The notes under the pieces were generated by a model, which saw nothing but the letters and a program-made list of their open reading frames with translations, did no database searches and was not told the DNA's origin. From Octopus vulgaris (lineage: Eukaryota), in contig OX597816.1 in assembly GCA_951406725.2 (NCBI GenBank), positions 14,446,001-14,510,000 on the forward strand: DNA of 64,000 nucleotides, in the 5' to 3' direction. The position numbers were made by a program, and so were the translations under genes. Below, one piece after another: positions 27,072 through 41,373 of the stretch (position 1 is the first letter of the stretch; every line of letters starts with the position of its first letter).

Positions 27072-27520
27072 CGAAAATGAGAATACCTACGTTGAACTAT
27101 TCAGAAATCTGCAGGTATTCTATCCAGATTACAAGTTAAGGTTTATACCTGTAATTATTGGGGCCCTGAGATATGTAACACACTGCCTAAATACCAATAT
27201 GGGAAAATTAGCATTCTCAAAACCAGAAAAGAGAAAGCTAATTCGAAGACTACAGTTCCAATCCATCACTGGAACTGGAAAACTCTATAAAACTTTCCTG
27301 AAGTTTATTATTTAAATATATATATATCAATATCTCTAGATGAGCAACTATATGCATGAGAATACATACATAAAGCAAAACATACAAATCTGCACATATA
27401 CATACATACAAACAATAGTACCCCGCTGTTAATGTTGAAATCCCAATGAAGGAGCTTTGAATCTAGGTTAGAAACCGGCTCTTTATTGGCAAGAAATCTT
27501 GAAAGAAAACTGAACAATGA
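27072..27520 (+). mobile_element. R4/Dong-like (RLE) non-LTR retrotransposon 3' end inserted in (TACA)n
   Basis: ENTYVELFRNLQVFYPDYKLRFIPVIIGALRYV...LIRRLQFQSITGTGKLYKTFLKF* matches the RLE C-terminus (KYxxL...IPxxIGALG...Q..xxGT). The 3'UTR ends directly in CATACATA. Confidence 0.75.
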
Positions 27521-27827
27521 CATACATACATACATACATATGTTCCAGAAAGCATTTTCTCTTCATTCCTACTTCCGGTCACTTACTTCAAAAATGTAAC
27601 CGCTCGTGATTGTTGACGATTTTTCTTTTTTCCGTCTTCGCCTTGGGTTTTCCTGTTTCTTCCCGTTTCCGAAAAAGAGCTATGCTCGAAAAGTAATACT
27701 TCTACTCTGTTCCTTCCCTGAGCGTCTTATTAATACATTGCTTGTGCTACGTTCAAACGATTGTTTGATTTTTGATTTCTTCTTTTTCTCTCTCTCTCTC
27801 TCTATACACATGTGTGTGCATATACGT

Positions 27828-27894
<67 letters not shown>

Positions 27895-27941
27895 TATATT
27901 TATTCATTGATATATAAACATATATATATATACATATATAA

Positions 27942-27978
<37 letters not shown>

Positions 27979-28024
27979 AGTATATATATATATATATACA
28001 TATATGTATATATGTATATATGTA

Positions 28025-28062
<38 letters not shown>

Positions 28063-28081
28063 CATATATATATGTATATAA

Positions 28082-28131
<50 letters not shown>

Positions 28132-28520
28132 TGTGTGTGTGGCTGCGTGTGTATTTATATATAAATATACACGAACGGAAAAAAAGACATTTGTGCTGCC
28201 TGTTGTGTGTACATGTGTAAATATTTGTTGATGTACGAATATACGCGTGTGGCTATACGTTTTGATACATTCTGTATATAAAAGGCAACTGTTATTGTAT
28301 CTACTATGTTCTGCTTCCATTAAGCATACGTTTCAATATCTCTTCATCTCACCGCAGATCCTATTTAGCCACACATTGTGAATGAGTCACATGTTCTTTC
28401 GTCTTTACATATACTTTTGAACATTTCTAAATACACTCATATACGAAAATTCAGAAATGGGGCACCTCAGAAATGCATGGGTTTACATACTTATACGTAT
28501 ATGTATGCATCTGTGCGTGT

Positions 28521-28570
<50 letters not shown>

Positions 28571-28706
28571 ATACATAACTACATGCACATATACATATAT
28601 ATATATATACTGGTATATACATGTGTGTGAGGATAATTGTAATGGATATTGTATGTATATATATATATATGTATATATATGCATATATATGCATATATAT
28701 GCATAT

Positions 28707-28764
<58 letters not shown>

Positions 28765-28780
28765 AGGTATATATATATGC

Positions 28781-28926
<146 letters not shown>

Positions 28927-29613
28927 ATACATACGTACATACCTACCAGCCAGCACACTTGCATATATCCACGCATACATGCACTTGCTTATAGACGAAG
29001 GCGCATGCTCAGAAACACAGAAGATAGAACTGATTTTTCAGATGAGTCAAGAGAAATGAATTGACGAGAACCACAACAACAACAGTTAGTCAAGCAAGAA
29101 GCAAAAAAAATAAAGAGATTGTATCTCCCCGAAGCCGTCAATAACACTATTTCGGGATTAAACACGCTTCGAATCACAAGGAATTTGCATGAACGGCTTT
29201 CTTGTTTACCAACAGATGCAAACTGAAAATAATGCTGGCAGTTGATTTCGAAAAGAAAAAAAGGAAGAAAAAAATAAACATGCGAAGCAATGTTGACTTT
29301 CAGTATTGACCTTACCTAAAATGAGTTCAGGTTGTATGCCTTTATGACGATCGTAGCCGTGCTACATTGCTGTATAGTTGTTAATAGATGGAGATTTACC
29401 CGGAAGATTACTGTACGTAAAGTGTAAAGCGTATTTTCAGCTCAGCTTTAATCTAACAAGATAGCGTGTATGAAACTGTGCAATAAATAAAAGCCATAAA
29501 GACACTTGGTGGTTTATTTGCTTCTTTTCATGAATTTTGCCGTATAGGTTTTTTTTTACATCTGATAGAAGAAAAATACATTGTATTGTCAATAGATATA
29601 AGCAAAAAGTACA

Positions 29614-29755
29614 GCGCAGGAGTGGCTGTGTGGTAAGTAGCCTGCTTACCAACCACATGGTTCCGGATTCAGTCCCACTGCGCGGCACCTTGTGAGTGGA
29701 TTTGGTAGACGGAAAATGAAAGACGCCCGTCGTATATGTGTATGCATGTGTGTAT

Positions 29756-29787
<32 letters not shown>

Positions 29788-30003
29788 GTGTGTGTGCATA
29801 TGTTTGTCCCCCCCCCCAACATTGCTTGACAACCGATGCTAATGTATTTACGTCATCCGTAGCTTAGCGGTTCGGCAAAAGAGACCGATAGAATAAGTAC
29901 TAGGCTTACAAAGAATAAGTTCTGGGGTCGATTTGCTCGACTAAAGGCGGTGCTCCAGCATGGCTGCAGTCAAATGACTGAAACAAGTAAAAGAGTAAAA
30001 GAG
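29614..30003 (+). mobile_element. SINE family A, internal deletion in 5' half
   Basis: Head, internal microsatellite and tail all present. Confidence 0.9.
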
Positions 30004-30389
30004 CCATTAGAATTTGAGAAACTGTAAAGCACCAGATTTGGAACATCTAACAACGAAGATATATGTACTCGGTTCAAACCCCACCCATCGCATTAAACTT
30101 TGTATTTCATCTCTCTGTGGATGTTAATATAGGTGCTATGTATTTCCGTTTTATATTACTGTTGTTTCTTCTATAAGAAATGCATAAAAAGCTGAGTGAT
30201 TGTGCAACATCCTATAGTTTCTTCGGAGCCACTAAAATTAAGTATAATTGATCCCAGGAAGTGAAGTGATAAGATGTTGCACACAAGCAGTCAGCTCTGA
30301 GTGTGCATTAATTTTATTGTTGAAACACCTGTAAGCTAATGAATGTGCTTGGGTAACTCTTTTTCACTTACTATTCATTATTATTAATA

Positions 30390-30710
30390 TAAAATATGGT
30401 CCGTTGTCTTCTGCTGAACCGGGGTCATCCTTTGACCCTATGGTCACAGCAGGTCCTCATCTCATGGAGAGTACATGGCGTAAAATGTGTGCGGAACCTA
30501 GCAACACTATTTTTGAAGTTCTCCTACGTTAACACTGCAAGGTAGTTTGTTGAGCTGCTTAATGGTGCTGTGGTGCTTTTCATTCCCCACATCTTGGTCA
30601 CTTCTATTTCTAGGTCTTTGTAATTAAATAACTTCTCAACTTCTTTAATGGACACATTTCTCTCTGATGGTACTGTCACGTTTATCATTTAGCATTTCTT
30701 ATTCTTCCCA

Positions 30711-30712
<2 letters not shown>
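30390..30712 (-). mobile_element. R4/Dong RLE 3' fragment in (TAA)n
   Basis: KC*MINVTVPSERNVSIKEVEKLFNYKDLEIEVTKMWGMK...ELQK.VLLGSAHILRHVLS; bordered by TTA repeats. Confidence 0.85.
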
Positions 30713-30783
<71 letters not shown>

Positions 30784-30823
30784 GATGTTGTTGTTGTCAT
30801 CCTCCTCCTCCTCCTCCTCCTCC

Positions 30824-30854
<31 letters not shown>

Positions 30855-31279
30855 TATCATCCTCATCAGCAGCAGTAGCATCACCATCTCCATCATCATT
30901 TTAGGTTTCACTTCAAAGAGATTGAAGTCTACATCCGTTTTAAAACACTAGAAATGTCTTCCAAATTCCACCAACAAGTTAGATTAATATGTATTATCTT
31001 CATCCCGTTTAAGTGGCAGATTCCTCGAAAAATACTTTATGGCCAAATCATACAATTTGTTACTCACGCACACACACATACACACAGATATACATACATG
31101 CAGGTATACACACACACATACTCACTCCCACACTCATACTAAACTCTGAACACCTTTGAATGTGTGAATGTATGTGTTTGCATGTATATATGTGTGTGTT
31201 TATATATACATATATACAGATATATATATATATATACACATATATGCATACACATATACACAGACATACGTATTTACAT

Positions 31280-31335
<56 letters not shown>

Positions 31336-31487
31336 ATGTATGTACATATCAATGTAACCCTTCAAATATATAGTCATGTTTATATATAATTATGTATGTG
31401 TGTGTGTGCACGTGTGTGCGTGTGTATCCATACTTACAAACACACAGATAGATACGTACATACATACATGCATGCTTACATATACAC

Positions 31488-31604
<117 letters not shown>

Positions 31605-31609
31605 CAGAC

Positions 31610-31662
<53 letters not shown>

Positions 31663-31716
31663 CATACATACATAAATACATACATACATACATACATACA
31701 TACATACATACATACA

Positions 31717-31747
<31 letters not shown>

Positions 31748-32204
31748 TGCATGTTTACAAGCGTGTATGAGTTCACGTACGAAGATTTATTCCATCTCGT
31801 AAGAATTTCGGGAATTGTTGTATTAATAATTCTACATCAGAATATGGCAAGGAAGCAAATCTAAATCAAAGGGGCCTAATTATGTACAACAAAACGAACA
31901 AAGATAGAGACAGATAAAACGGAACGTACATTGTGTGATTAAAAACATCTCAATAATATACAAGAGCAAAAGTATTTCAAATAAAATAAAAAACTAATAA
32001 AGAAAGGAAAAGTACTACAGATGCCATTCAAAGTTCATCTGTTCATAAAATGTTTGATTCAGAGATGTTACAGCAAATATGCTTAGATAGACTGTGTAAA
32101 TTGCTTTGATCAAGATCTTACTGGAGATTTACGATTTGGAATGAGAAAGAGAAAAAAATGGAAGGAGGGAATAAGGGAGGGAAACGAGAAGAAGAATGAA
32201 ACAC

Positions 32205-32261
<57 letters not shown>

Positions 32262-32296
32262 AGCAAACTAAATATTAGGATTCTTTTATTCGTTTA

Positions 32297-32606
32297 TTCT
32301 TTTATTCTTTTATTTGTTTCAGTCAACTGACCGCGGCCATGCTGTGGCCCTTTTTTAAAATTTTTTTTGGTTTTTGATCGAACAAATCGATCTCAGGACT
32401 TATTCTTTGTAAGCCTAGTACCGGTTCCATCGGTCTTTTTTTGCCAAACCGCTAGGTTACGGGGACGTAAACACACGAGCATCGGTTGTCAAGCGATGGT
32501 TGGGAAGACAAACACAGACACAAAAACATACATACACACACACACAAAAACAAACACAAAACACACACACACACACACACACATATACGACGGAACTGAA
32601 CCGTCG

Positions 32607-32650
<44 letters not shown>

Positions 32651-32700
32651 TATGTGTGTGTGTGTGTGTGACTGAACCCGGAACCATCTGGTTCCAGGTT
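32297..32700 (-). mobile_element. SINE family A, rearranged
   Basis: 3' module intact; 5' half deleted, with a small foldback ATACGACGG/CCGTCGTAT at 32585-32609. Confidence 0.75.
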
Positions 32701-32709
32701 CAAGGTGTG

Positions 32710-32770
<61 letters not shown>

Positions 32771-33322
32771 GTAAAATATATATATGTATGTATGTATATG
32801 TGTGAATGTTCAGTTGATTACAGTAGTTGAGGAAACAGTATTTTATCGACCCAGAAGGTACAAATGCATAAGTGACAAGCAGTATTGAACTCAGAGTGAA
32901 ATCAGTCAGAAGTGTAGTGGTGATTCGAAACCGAACCGCAAGGTAACCGGTCGTTCATCACGACCGAACCACAATAGTTTCACGTGATCAGTCTATTAAG
33001 TAAGGAATCAGCGTCAAGTCATCGAGTGATGCAGTCTTCTAGAATCCTCTCATTCTTCCCTATAAAAAGGCCGCTTTTAGCGGTAATTGTAGAATGTTGA
33101 GGCAGCTGATTGATATGTGTCTTCATTCATGATACAGCCAGAGGACCCAGGAAGACGGTTAAAATAGATAGCAGACAGACGACAGGAATTTCCACCACCA
33201 CGAACGTAGCACAATTGTTTCTAGTTACATTGGATAAGCAACAGGTTACTATATCAGTAAGTTGTTGTAAACTACAAGCAGTATATCCTATATCTCTCCC
33301 AGTATGTAATTATTGCTGTAGT

Positions 33323-33622
33323 GGAAGCACATGGCCTAGTGGTTAGAGCAGTGGACTCGCCGTCGAGCGATCGCGGGTTCGAATCTCAGACCGGGCGATG
33401 TGCGTGATTATGAGCGAAATACCTAAGCTCCGGCAGAAGGTAATGGCGAACTTCTGCTGACTCTTTCGTCACTACTTTCTCTCACTCTTTCCTCCTGCAT
33501 CTTGCAGTTCACCTGCGACGGACCGGCGTCCCGTCCAGGCGGGGAACCTATACACCAAGGAAACCAGGAAACCGGCCCTTTTGAGCGAGGGATGGCTCGA
33601 GAAGGAAAAAACAAAAACAACA
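33323..33622 (+). mobile_element. SINE family D (tRNA head), tail type 1
   Basis: A-box TGGCCTAGTGG, B-box GGGTTCGAATC, body GAGCGAAA.ACCTAAGCTCC, tail CCTGCGACGGACCGGCGTCCCGTCCAGG...(CAA). Confidence 0.85.
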
Positions 33623-34012
33623 ATTTTTGGTGTTGTCGTTTGCACATTTAAATTCTTTGTGAGGTGTTGTTCAGTTACATCTCCACGCAGCCCCAGAAGC
33701 ACATTTTCCTTCATCAACTATAACCAGTCATCACCTCAGGCCAGATAACAAACACCCCTCGCGCCAAAAGTAATACTGCCATACATGTTCTTTTTTGCCC
33801 AACTTTTAATGATTCGACAGCTTTCTTTCCTTTTTTTGTTCCGCCTTGGTTATCACGATGCAATGAACTCCTTCCTTTAAGATAATGGTAGAAGTATTAT
33901 TTACAAAAACAAACAACGCCTCACGTTGGAAATATTTAAAAAACATCTTGCAGAATTTAATTAGCATTTTAATAATTGGCTTGCACGTACAAGACAAGTG
34001 ATGTAAGAATGG

Positions 34013-34088
<76 letters not shown>

Positions 34089-34143
34089 GAATGTATGTAT
34101 GTATATATGTATATATATATACGTATATATGTATATATGTATG

Positions 34144-34212
<69 letters not shown>

Positions 34213-34541
34213 AGATAGATAGATATATACATGTATATATGTGTGTGTGTATGAATGTATGTATGTATATGTATGTATATGTAGATATACATATATAAAT
34301 GCGCACATTCTCATGCAGACGTATACATACACATATATTAATTATTTTCTTGCCCATGAAAATATAAAAATACATTTTTATATTTGTTTATATTTTGCGA
34401 AGAGCTTAAGATTTAAAAAAAAAAGAGTAGGCAAATGTTTGTTTTTTATGTATAAAATATAATATACACATATGCTCACAGACACTCAGGCACATTCACA
34501 TATATACATATTTATGTGCGTGTGTGTACAGACATATATGA

Positions 34542-34572
<31 letters not shown>

Positions 34573-34608
34573 ATATGTATATACCTATATCTATACGTAC
34601 ACGCACAC

Positions 34609-34647
<39 letters not shown>

Positions 34648-34712
34648 TGTATGTTTATGTATATGGGTATGTGTACATATAATGCATACATATATACATA
34701 TGCATTACATGT

Positions 34713-34765
<53 letters not shown>

Positions 34766-36057
34766 TATGTGTATATATATAAATATACATAAACATGCAT
34801 ACATAAATGCTATCTTACATATATATATCCATATATGTATGGATGCATGCTTGTATGTATACAGGAAAAGAGACGGAAAAGCAGAGTAAGAGATAGAAAG
34901 AGAGAGAGAGGGAGAGAGAGAGAAGGAGGATAGAGGGAGTAAGAGAGAGAGAGAGAGGCTGCGTGATAAGGTATTTGAGGAGACAGACATGTTAGAGAAG
35001 CTACAATTTAACTGATATTATATTATAATTGAGCAGGCAAGAACGATTTATTTAGATGGACAGATTAAATATATATATATAGTCTTATTTTTTGAAAAAA
35101 AATCACGGAAGCAGGTAGCAAACGGCAGATAGATTAATTTGTACTGACAGATAAAGGCTGACAGGCATCCAGCAGAGTGACGTAGACTCGGAAGTAAAAT
35201 TCTAAAGAGACAAGGCCGAGATCAGGTTTCAATTCCTGGTTGACGTTAATTCATATTACTCACGCTGGTTAGAAATTCTGAAAATAAGTTATACAATACC
35301 CAGCTAAGTTTTACATACAAATATGTATATATTTACTTAAATAAACAGAATATTTCTTCACTATAGAAATGCAAGTGAACAAACTGCAATCAGAGACGCA
35401 TATACACGCACACAACACAGTTTTCTCGCCGTTATCAACGCTTGCTAGTCACTCTTAAATTGTGCAATTTCTATGTTGGATATCTCAGAATCCATATATG
35501 GCATTATCGTCATCGTTATCGTCATTTTACGTCCGTTTTTCCATCCATGTAAGGGTTGAACGGATCGTCCTCAACACAGCCATTTGCCAATTGTTGCAAC
35601 CCTATGTTTGCCATGTTATTTTAACTTTAACTAAGCCATTGACTGTGTCTCTGTGCCTACATATTGCATTATATTATAATATATATATGTCATATTACAT
35701 GTGTTGGCGTGTATGTATGTAGGTAAGTAAGTAGGTATGTAGGTAGGTATGTAGGTAGGTAGGCCGGTAGATAGGTAGGTATAGTAGATAGACGCTCATG
35801 AATTTATGCAGTACAATCTTAGTTAATTTAAGCAAGATATTTAATACACCAGAGGGCAAAATGACTTAACAAGTAGACGGTGATAGTCTTTTACGTATCT
35901 CTCTCTCTTTCCCTCTCCATATATATAGGTATATGTGCATATATATATATATGCATATATATATATAGAGAGAGAGAGCGAGCGGGGGGAGAAGCAATTA
36001 TGCGGATAAACAAATTAGATGCATTAAGTGTATCAGTTTGAGAATGGAATACAAAAT

Positions 36058-36123
<66 letters not shown>

Positions 36124-36498
36124 GTATGTATGTATGTATGTATGTATGTATGCATGCATGCAAAACGAGAGAAAGCAAAGAGAAAAATGGAGACTTTCAG
36201 GCGATGAATGTTTAAGTATAATGATATAAATATTTATATTAATAGATTCAACGGCGTAGAGAATTAAAGGGGAGGAAGAAAGGTGTTATAAGGCCAACAG
36301 CTGTTTCTGGGGGGTCCGGAGATCCATCACAATGTTGGTAAATGCAGTTCATCACAATATTCGGCGGTTTGTATTTTGTGTTAAGTTGCATATATATATA
36401 ACGGGAAGCTTTATGAAAATAGACAAAAGACGAAGGCAGGTGGGAAACAAACAAACAATTGTATTAGTATGGCGCTCAGGAAATATAAATAAAACAAG

Positions 36499-36536
36499 TC
36501 TTTAACGTTTCGAGCCTACGCTCTTCAACAGAAAGA
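36499..36536 (-). ncRNA. Minimal type-I hammerhead ribozyme-like motif (variant core) within a repeat at about 36410-36600
   Basis: UCUUU-CUGUUGA-A-GAGC(GUAG)GCUC-GAAA-CGUU-AAAGA: stem I UCUUU/AAAGA, stem II GAGC/GCUC, palindromic AACGUU in place of stem III. Confidence 0.6.
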
Positions 36537-36631
36537 TACACAGAGAGAAAAAAAAACACAGAAAGAAGGAGAGAAAAAAAATGCGTGCAGTAACTAACGA
36601 ATCAACATGCATATATATATATAAGTATATA

Positions 36632-36800
36632 TGGGCACGGGACATCAAACAAACGTTGAACACAATGAGAAACGAAAACATAAAAACAAAAACATAGAAA
36701 CGAACTTTTTACGAACAATGAAAAAACAAACAGAGAAACGAGAGAAACAAAATAAAGAATATTACCCTTCTTCAGTTGTCCCTGTTTCATCTACTCCGCA
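36632..36800. repeat. Unclassified A-rich interspersed repeat; second copy at 52321-52427
   Basis: Shared GGACA.CA..AAACGT.GAACACAA.GAGAAACGAAA.CATAAAAACAA. Confidence 0.7.
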
Positions 36801-36834
36801 TAAACATTGTGTGTATTATCGTTGCAGTCGTCGG

Positions 36835-37175
36835 TCGTCGGTCACGACGACGAGGGTTCGAGTTGATCCGATCAACGGAACAGCCTGCTCGTGAAATTAA
36901 TGTGCAAGTGGCTGAGCACTCCACAGACATGTAGTTTTCGGGGAGGTTCAGCGTGACACAGAGTGTGACAAGGCTGGTCCTTTGAAATGCAGGCACAACA
37001 GAAACGAAAAGAGTGAGAGAAAGTTGTGGTGAAAGAGTACAGCAGGGTTCTCCACTACTCCCTACCGGAGACTCATGGAGCTTTAGGTGTTTTCGCTCAA
37101 TAAACACTCACAACGCCCGATCTGGGAATTGAAACCGCGAATCCGCTGCCCTAACCACTGGTACATTGCGCCTCC
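36835..37175 (-). mobile_element. SINE family D head joined to a family C tail
   Basis: Head/body as at 33323 and 41374; 3' part matches 3600-3770 (CAGCCTTGTCAC.CTCTGTGTCA..GCTGTTCCGTTGATCG). Confidence 0.85.
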
Positions 37176-38179
37176 ACGTGTGTATCATATGTATATGTAT
37201 ACACACACATGCACACCCCCACACACACACACACATATGAATATATGTGCATGTGTGTGTTTGTGTGCTTGTTTGTTTGTGTGTTTGTTTACTAGTTTGT
37301 TTGTTTGTGTGTGTGTATGTGTGTGTGTGTGTATGCTTGAGTGTGCGCGCGCGCTAAAGCAACGACTTTGTACACAGCATTATATAAAGAATCCTTTCTT
37401 TATACCTAAGAACCAATTTATAAATAATTCCTTTTTATCTAAGAACTTTATAAAGAATTCCTTTATATCTAAACGATTCTGAAACCACACCTTCCTCATT
37501 AACAAAACATAACGGCAATATTGTTTTCTATTTATATATATATTGATATGAACATTTACTCTTGAGCACAATATTATGAAAATATGCATGTTAGAATAAT
37601 AAGCCATGTGTGTATATGCTAATTTTATTAATAATGAGGTAAATACCCTTTTATCAGCTCTCTGTTTGCGGTCTTGAAACAGAGTTTCATGAGCATTGTA
37701 AACGGATAAACAGCTTTATCAATAAAAAGCAAAACTTGAACTATATTTATAAATTATGCAGGAATGAGTTTGTTGATAGAAAAGGTATTTAAAAGTATTA
37801 GCTGCATATCTGTCATATAATGACCTTGCATTTATTAAATGTAAAAGAAAAGCTGAGGCACTCATTCCGTCACTACACGAGCAAAATAATTAATTTTTGT
37901 GTCGTCTGAACGATTCACCGTTATCGCGAAACACTTTATAGCTATTTGTACGGTTTCGATTTAAAGCGTAAATTTTAAGAAATGCGCAGATAAACTATTA
38001 CCGGAGCTCTTCTTACATAATGCAGCTTTACTGAAACTGGCTTTATTTTAAAAAGCGCCAACACAATAATGTTTGTATAAATTTGTATATGAAATTTATG
38101 CAATCTGGTTTATAAATATGTATGTATGTAATCGTGCTGTCAAAATATTCTATGCAAAAACAATTAGTGTCAGACGATC

Positions 38180-38369
38180 CTTCAGAAGGTGCTAGAACAT
38201 CGGACAAAATGCTTAGCGGCATTTCTTCCGGCTTGACGCTTCGAGTTCAAGTTCTGCCGAGGTCAATTTTACCCTTCATTCCTTTTGCACTAATAAAATA
38301 AGTACCAGTTGAATTCTTGAATCCATATAATTTCCTTAAAATTGCTGGCCTTCAACCGAAACTTGAAAT
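38180..38369 (+). mobile_element. SINE family B, degenerate
   Basis: GGACAAAATGCTTAGCGGCATTTC..GAGTTCAAGTTCTGCCGAGGTC..AAGTACCAGTT. Confidence 0.75.
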
Positions 38370-38468
38370 CATTTCAGGAAGATTTTAAGTAAACCTATAT
38401 CGAACTTTCAACCGACTTCGGACAAGAAACCCCATTGACCCTTCTAATTCTTGATGCTGCTCTCTCAC

Positions 38469-38549
<81 letters not shown>

Positions 38550-38984
38550 CTCATTGTCTCTGCTCTTTTTTTCGTTGATGATGCTGGAGCTTATGAAGAT
38601 GGTGATGGTGGTGATGACAGGGTGTTGGTAGTGGTGACGACGGTGTTGTTGATGGTGGTGTTGGTGATGAAGATAAGGATAATGGTGGTGACGGTGGTGG
38701 TGGTAGTGGTGATGGTAATTATGATGGCGACGATGGCTGTAGTTGTTTATGTTAACGTAGCTCCAACGATTCTTCTTCTTCTTGTTATTATTGTCAGTCA
38801 ATGATGTAGGTAAAACGCACCAATGATGATGATGTGGGTAGACATTGTATAAACAAACACAACAAACAAAAACAACTTCTTCTAAGCCATTCGCTTCTTC
38901 ATTGTTTTCACCTTTTTTTTTGTTTTCCTTACATCTTCCATTCTTTTTATTTCTTTATCGCTTCTTTGTTACATGCCATCTACA

Positions 38985-39082
38985 TTACCTCTCTCTCTCT
39001 CCCTCTCTCTCTCTCTTTCTCTCTCTTACTTTATCATTCTCCTTCCTTTTCTCGCTTTCTCATTTACTTTATCACTCTCCTT

Positions 39083-39118
<36 letters not shown>

Positions 39119-39129
39119 TTTATTACTCT

Positions 39130-39160
<31 letters not shown>

Positions 39161-39292
39161 TACTTTATCACTCCTTTCTTTCTCTCTCATTCTCTCTCTT
39201 ACTTTATCATTCTCCTTCCTTTTCTCGTTTTCTCATTTACTTTATCACTCTCCTTTCTTTCTCTCTCTCTCTCTCTCTTACTTTATTACTCT

Positions 39293-39330
<38 letters not shown>

Positions 39331-39457
39331 TTTATCACTCCTTTCTTTCTCTCTCTCTCTCTCTCTTACTTTATCATTCTCCTTCCTTTTCTCGTTTTCT
39401 CATTTACTTTATCACTCTCCTTTCTTTCTCTCTCTCTCTCTCTTACTTTATTACTCT

Positions 39458-39497
<40 letters not shown>

Positions 39498-39620
39498 TTT
39501 ATCACTCCTTTCTTTCTCTCTCTCTCTCTCTTACTTTATCATTCTCCTTCCTTTTCTCGCTTTCTCATTTACTTTATCACTCTCCTTTCTTTCTCTCTCT
39601 CTCTCTCTCTTACTTTATTA

Positions 39621-39676
<56 letters not shown>

Positions 39677-39677
39677 T
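38985..39677. repeat. Pyrimidine-rich higher-order repeat, about 170 bp x 4
   Basis: Ordered sub-units TTACTTTATCATTCTCC / TTACTTTATCACTCTCC / TTACTTTATTACTCTT / TTACTTTATCACTCC separated by variable (CT)n. Confidence 0.9.
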
Positions 39678-39980
39678 GTATCAGAATTTTTGAAATTTCC
39701 TTGAAGAGATTTTGGGCATACACTGGCAGTCAAAAACTACTTCATTTGTCATGCAAGAATATTTCACAAAATATATTGGAAGGAATATCCATAGTTTTTG
39801 CAGTGTAGATGAAAAATGGCGCCTTCGTGTATTATCTTACACCACATTATATCAGAATTTTCTACTCTAGCTCCGACAAAATATGCGTCAATAGGGTGCA
39901 GTAATGTAGCTAGGCTGCTCCATTGTTTAACCGCCATATTTTAACTGTTTCGCGAAGAAATTCCTTGGCATTTATATGAA

Positions 39981-40197
39981 CTCTTTTACTCTTTTATTTA
40001 TTTCAGTCATTTGACTGCGGCCATGCTGGAGCACCGCCTTTAGTCTAGCAAATCGGCCCCAGGACTTATTCTTTGTAAGCCTAGTACTTATTCTATCGGT
40101 CTCTTTTGCTGAAACGCTAAGTTATGGGGACGTAAACACACAGTATCGGTTGTCAAGCGATGTTGGGGGGACAAACACACACACACACACACTCACA

Positions 40198-40253
<56 letters not shown>

Positions 40254-40412
40254 CATATACATATATATATATACGACGGGCTTCTTTCAGTTTCTGTCTA
40301 CCAAATCCACTCACAAGGCTTTGGTCGGCCCGAGGCTATAGTAGAAGACACTTACCCAACGTGCCACGCAGTAGGACTGAACTCGGAACCATGTGGTTGG
40401 TAAGCAAGCTAC
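39981..40412 (-). mobile_element. SINE family A, slightly 5'-truncated
   Basis: Reverse-complement match to the A consensus. Confidence 0.9.
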
Positions 40413-41373
40413 CTGCAAAAATAAATCAATCATGACCGTATGTCACGAGCAAGTATGACATCGAAGCATGTATCATCCTTTCATTGAGGACTTTAGGAGA
40501 ACATGAGGTCATGAGCAGCAATAGTCATTCTCTCGGAACTTCCGCTCTTGACTCGGCGGTTGTGATAGCTGGATGGAGAAAGAACTGAACCAGTGTTCGA
40601 CCGATACTTATTTCCAGCCGAGTAGATTAAAAGAGCATGAAATAAATTGGCTCTTTTGAAAACACAACACGCCACCTGTTCCAAAAATCGAACACACAAT
40701 CATATGGCCGCAAATCTAACACCATAACCACAGGCCAATGCGCTAACCTCTCTCTTAAATTGTACTGCGAAAATACTATAAGACTTTAGAATATAAAACA
40801 TTCCACCCTGACAGCGCATAATTAGACTGATATAATTTCCCATGGCATAGCAAAGATTAGTACAGTAATTAGCGACTTATCAATACCAGTAATCAGCGTG
40901 GGAGTGAGTTAAAAAGCGAAAGAATTATACCGATCTAGCTGTTAAATTAAATACCTTATGGCAGCTAAAGAATCTGTCTATCATCTCATTTGTAATTAGG
41001 AGAATTGGAATCATGCCCAGACCTACATCTGCTTTCCCCAAATGACAATGCGAAAATATTATGGTTTTGGTTTATTATACAGAAGCAGGCCACATAAAAA
41101 AAAAGACTGACATCATTTTCTATGACGTAATAGTCAATAGTATAGTAACAACGATTTTAATGATTTGCAGAGGCAGAGATGATAAAACCCAGGAATTGCG
41201 CTCATCTAAGCTGTTGAATGAAATGCCTTATGGCAGTTAATGAATGTGTTTACCCAACCATTTCTGTGGCAGACATTGGCAGACTACTTATATGGATACA
41301 TATAAAAGTACAGAAAAATACATAGCTCATACATATGTGTGTGTGTGTGTGTGTGTAAATATGTATATATATA

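Noticed and set aside
27442-27490. CCAAUGA..GAAACCGG hammerhead-like string in the R4 3'UTR
   Set aside because: Two core substitutions, weak stem II and no clear cleavage triplet.
38834-39808. 324-aa Leu/Ser/Phe ORFs in three frames
   Set aside because: Open only because the CT-rich repeat lacks stop codons.
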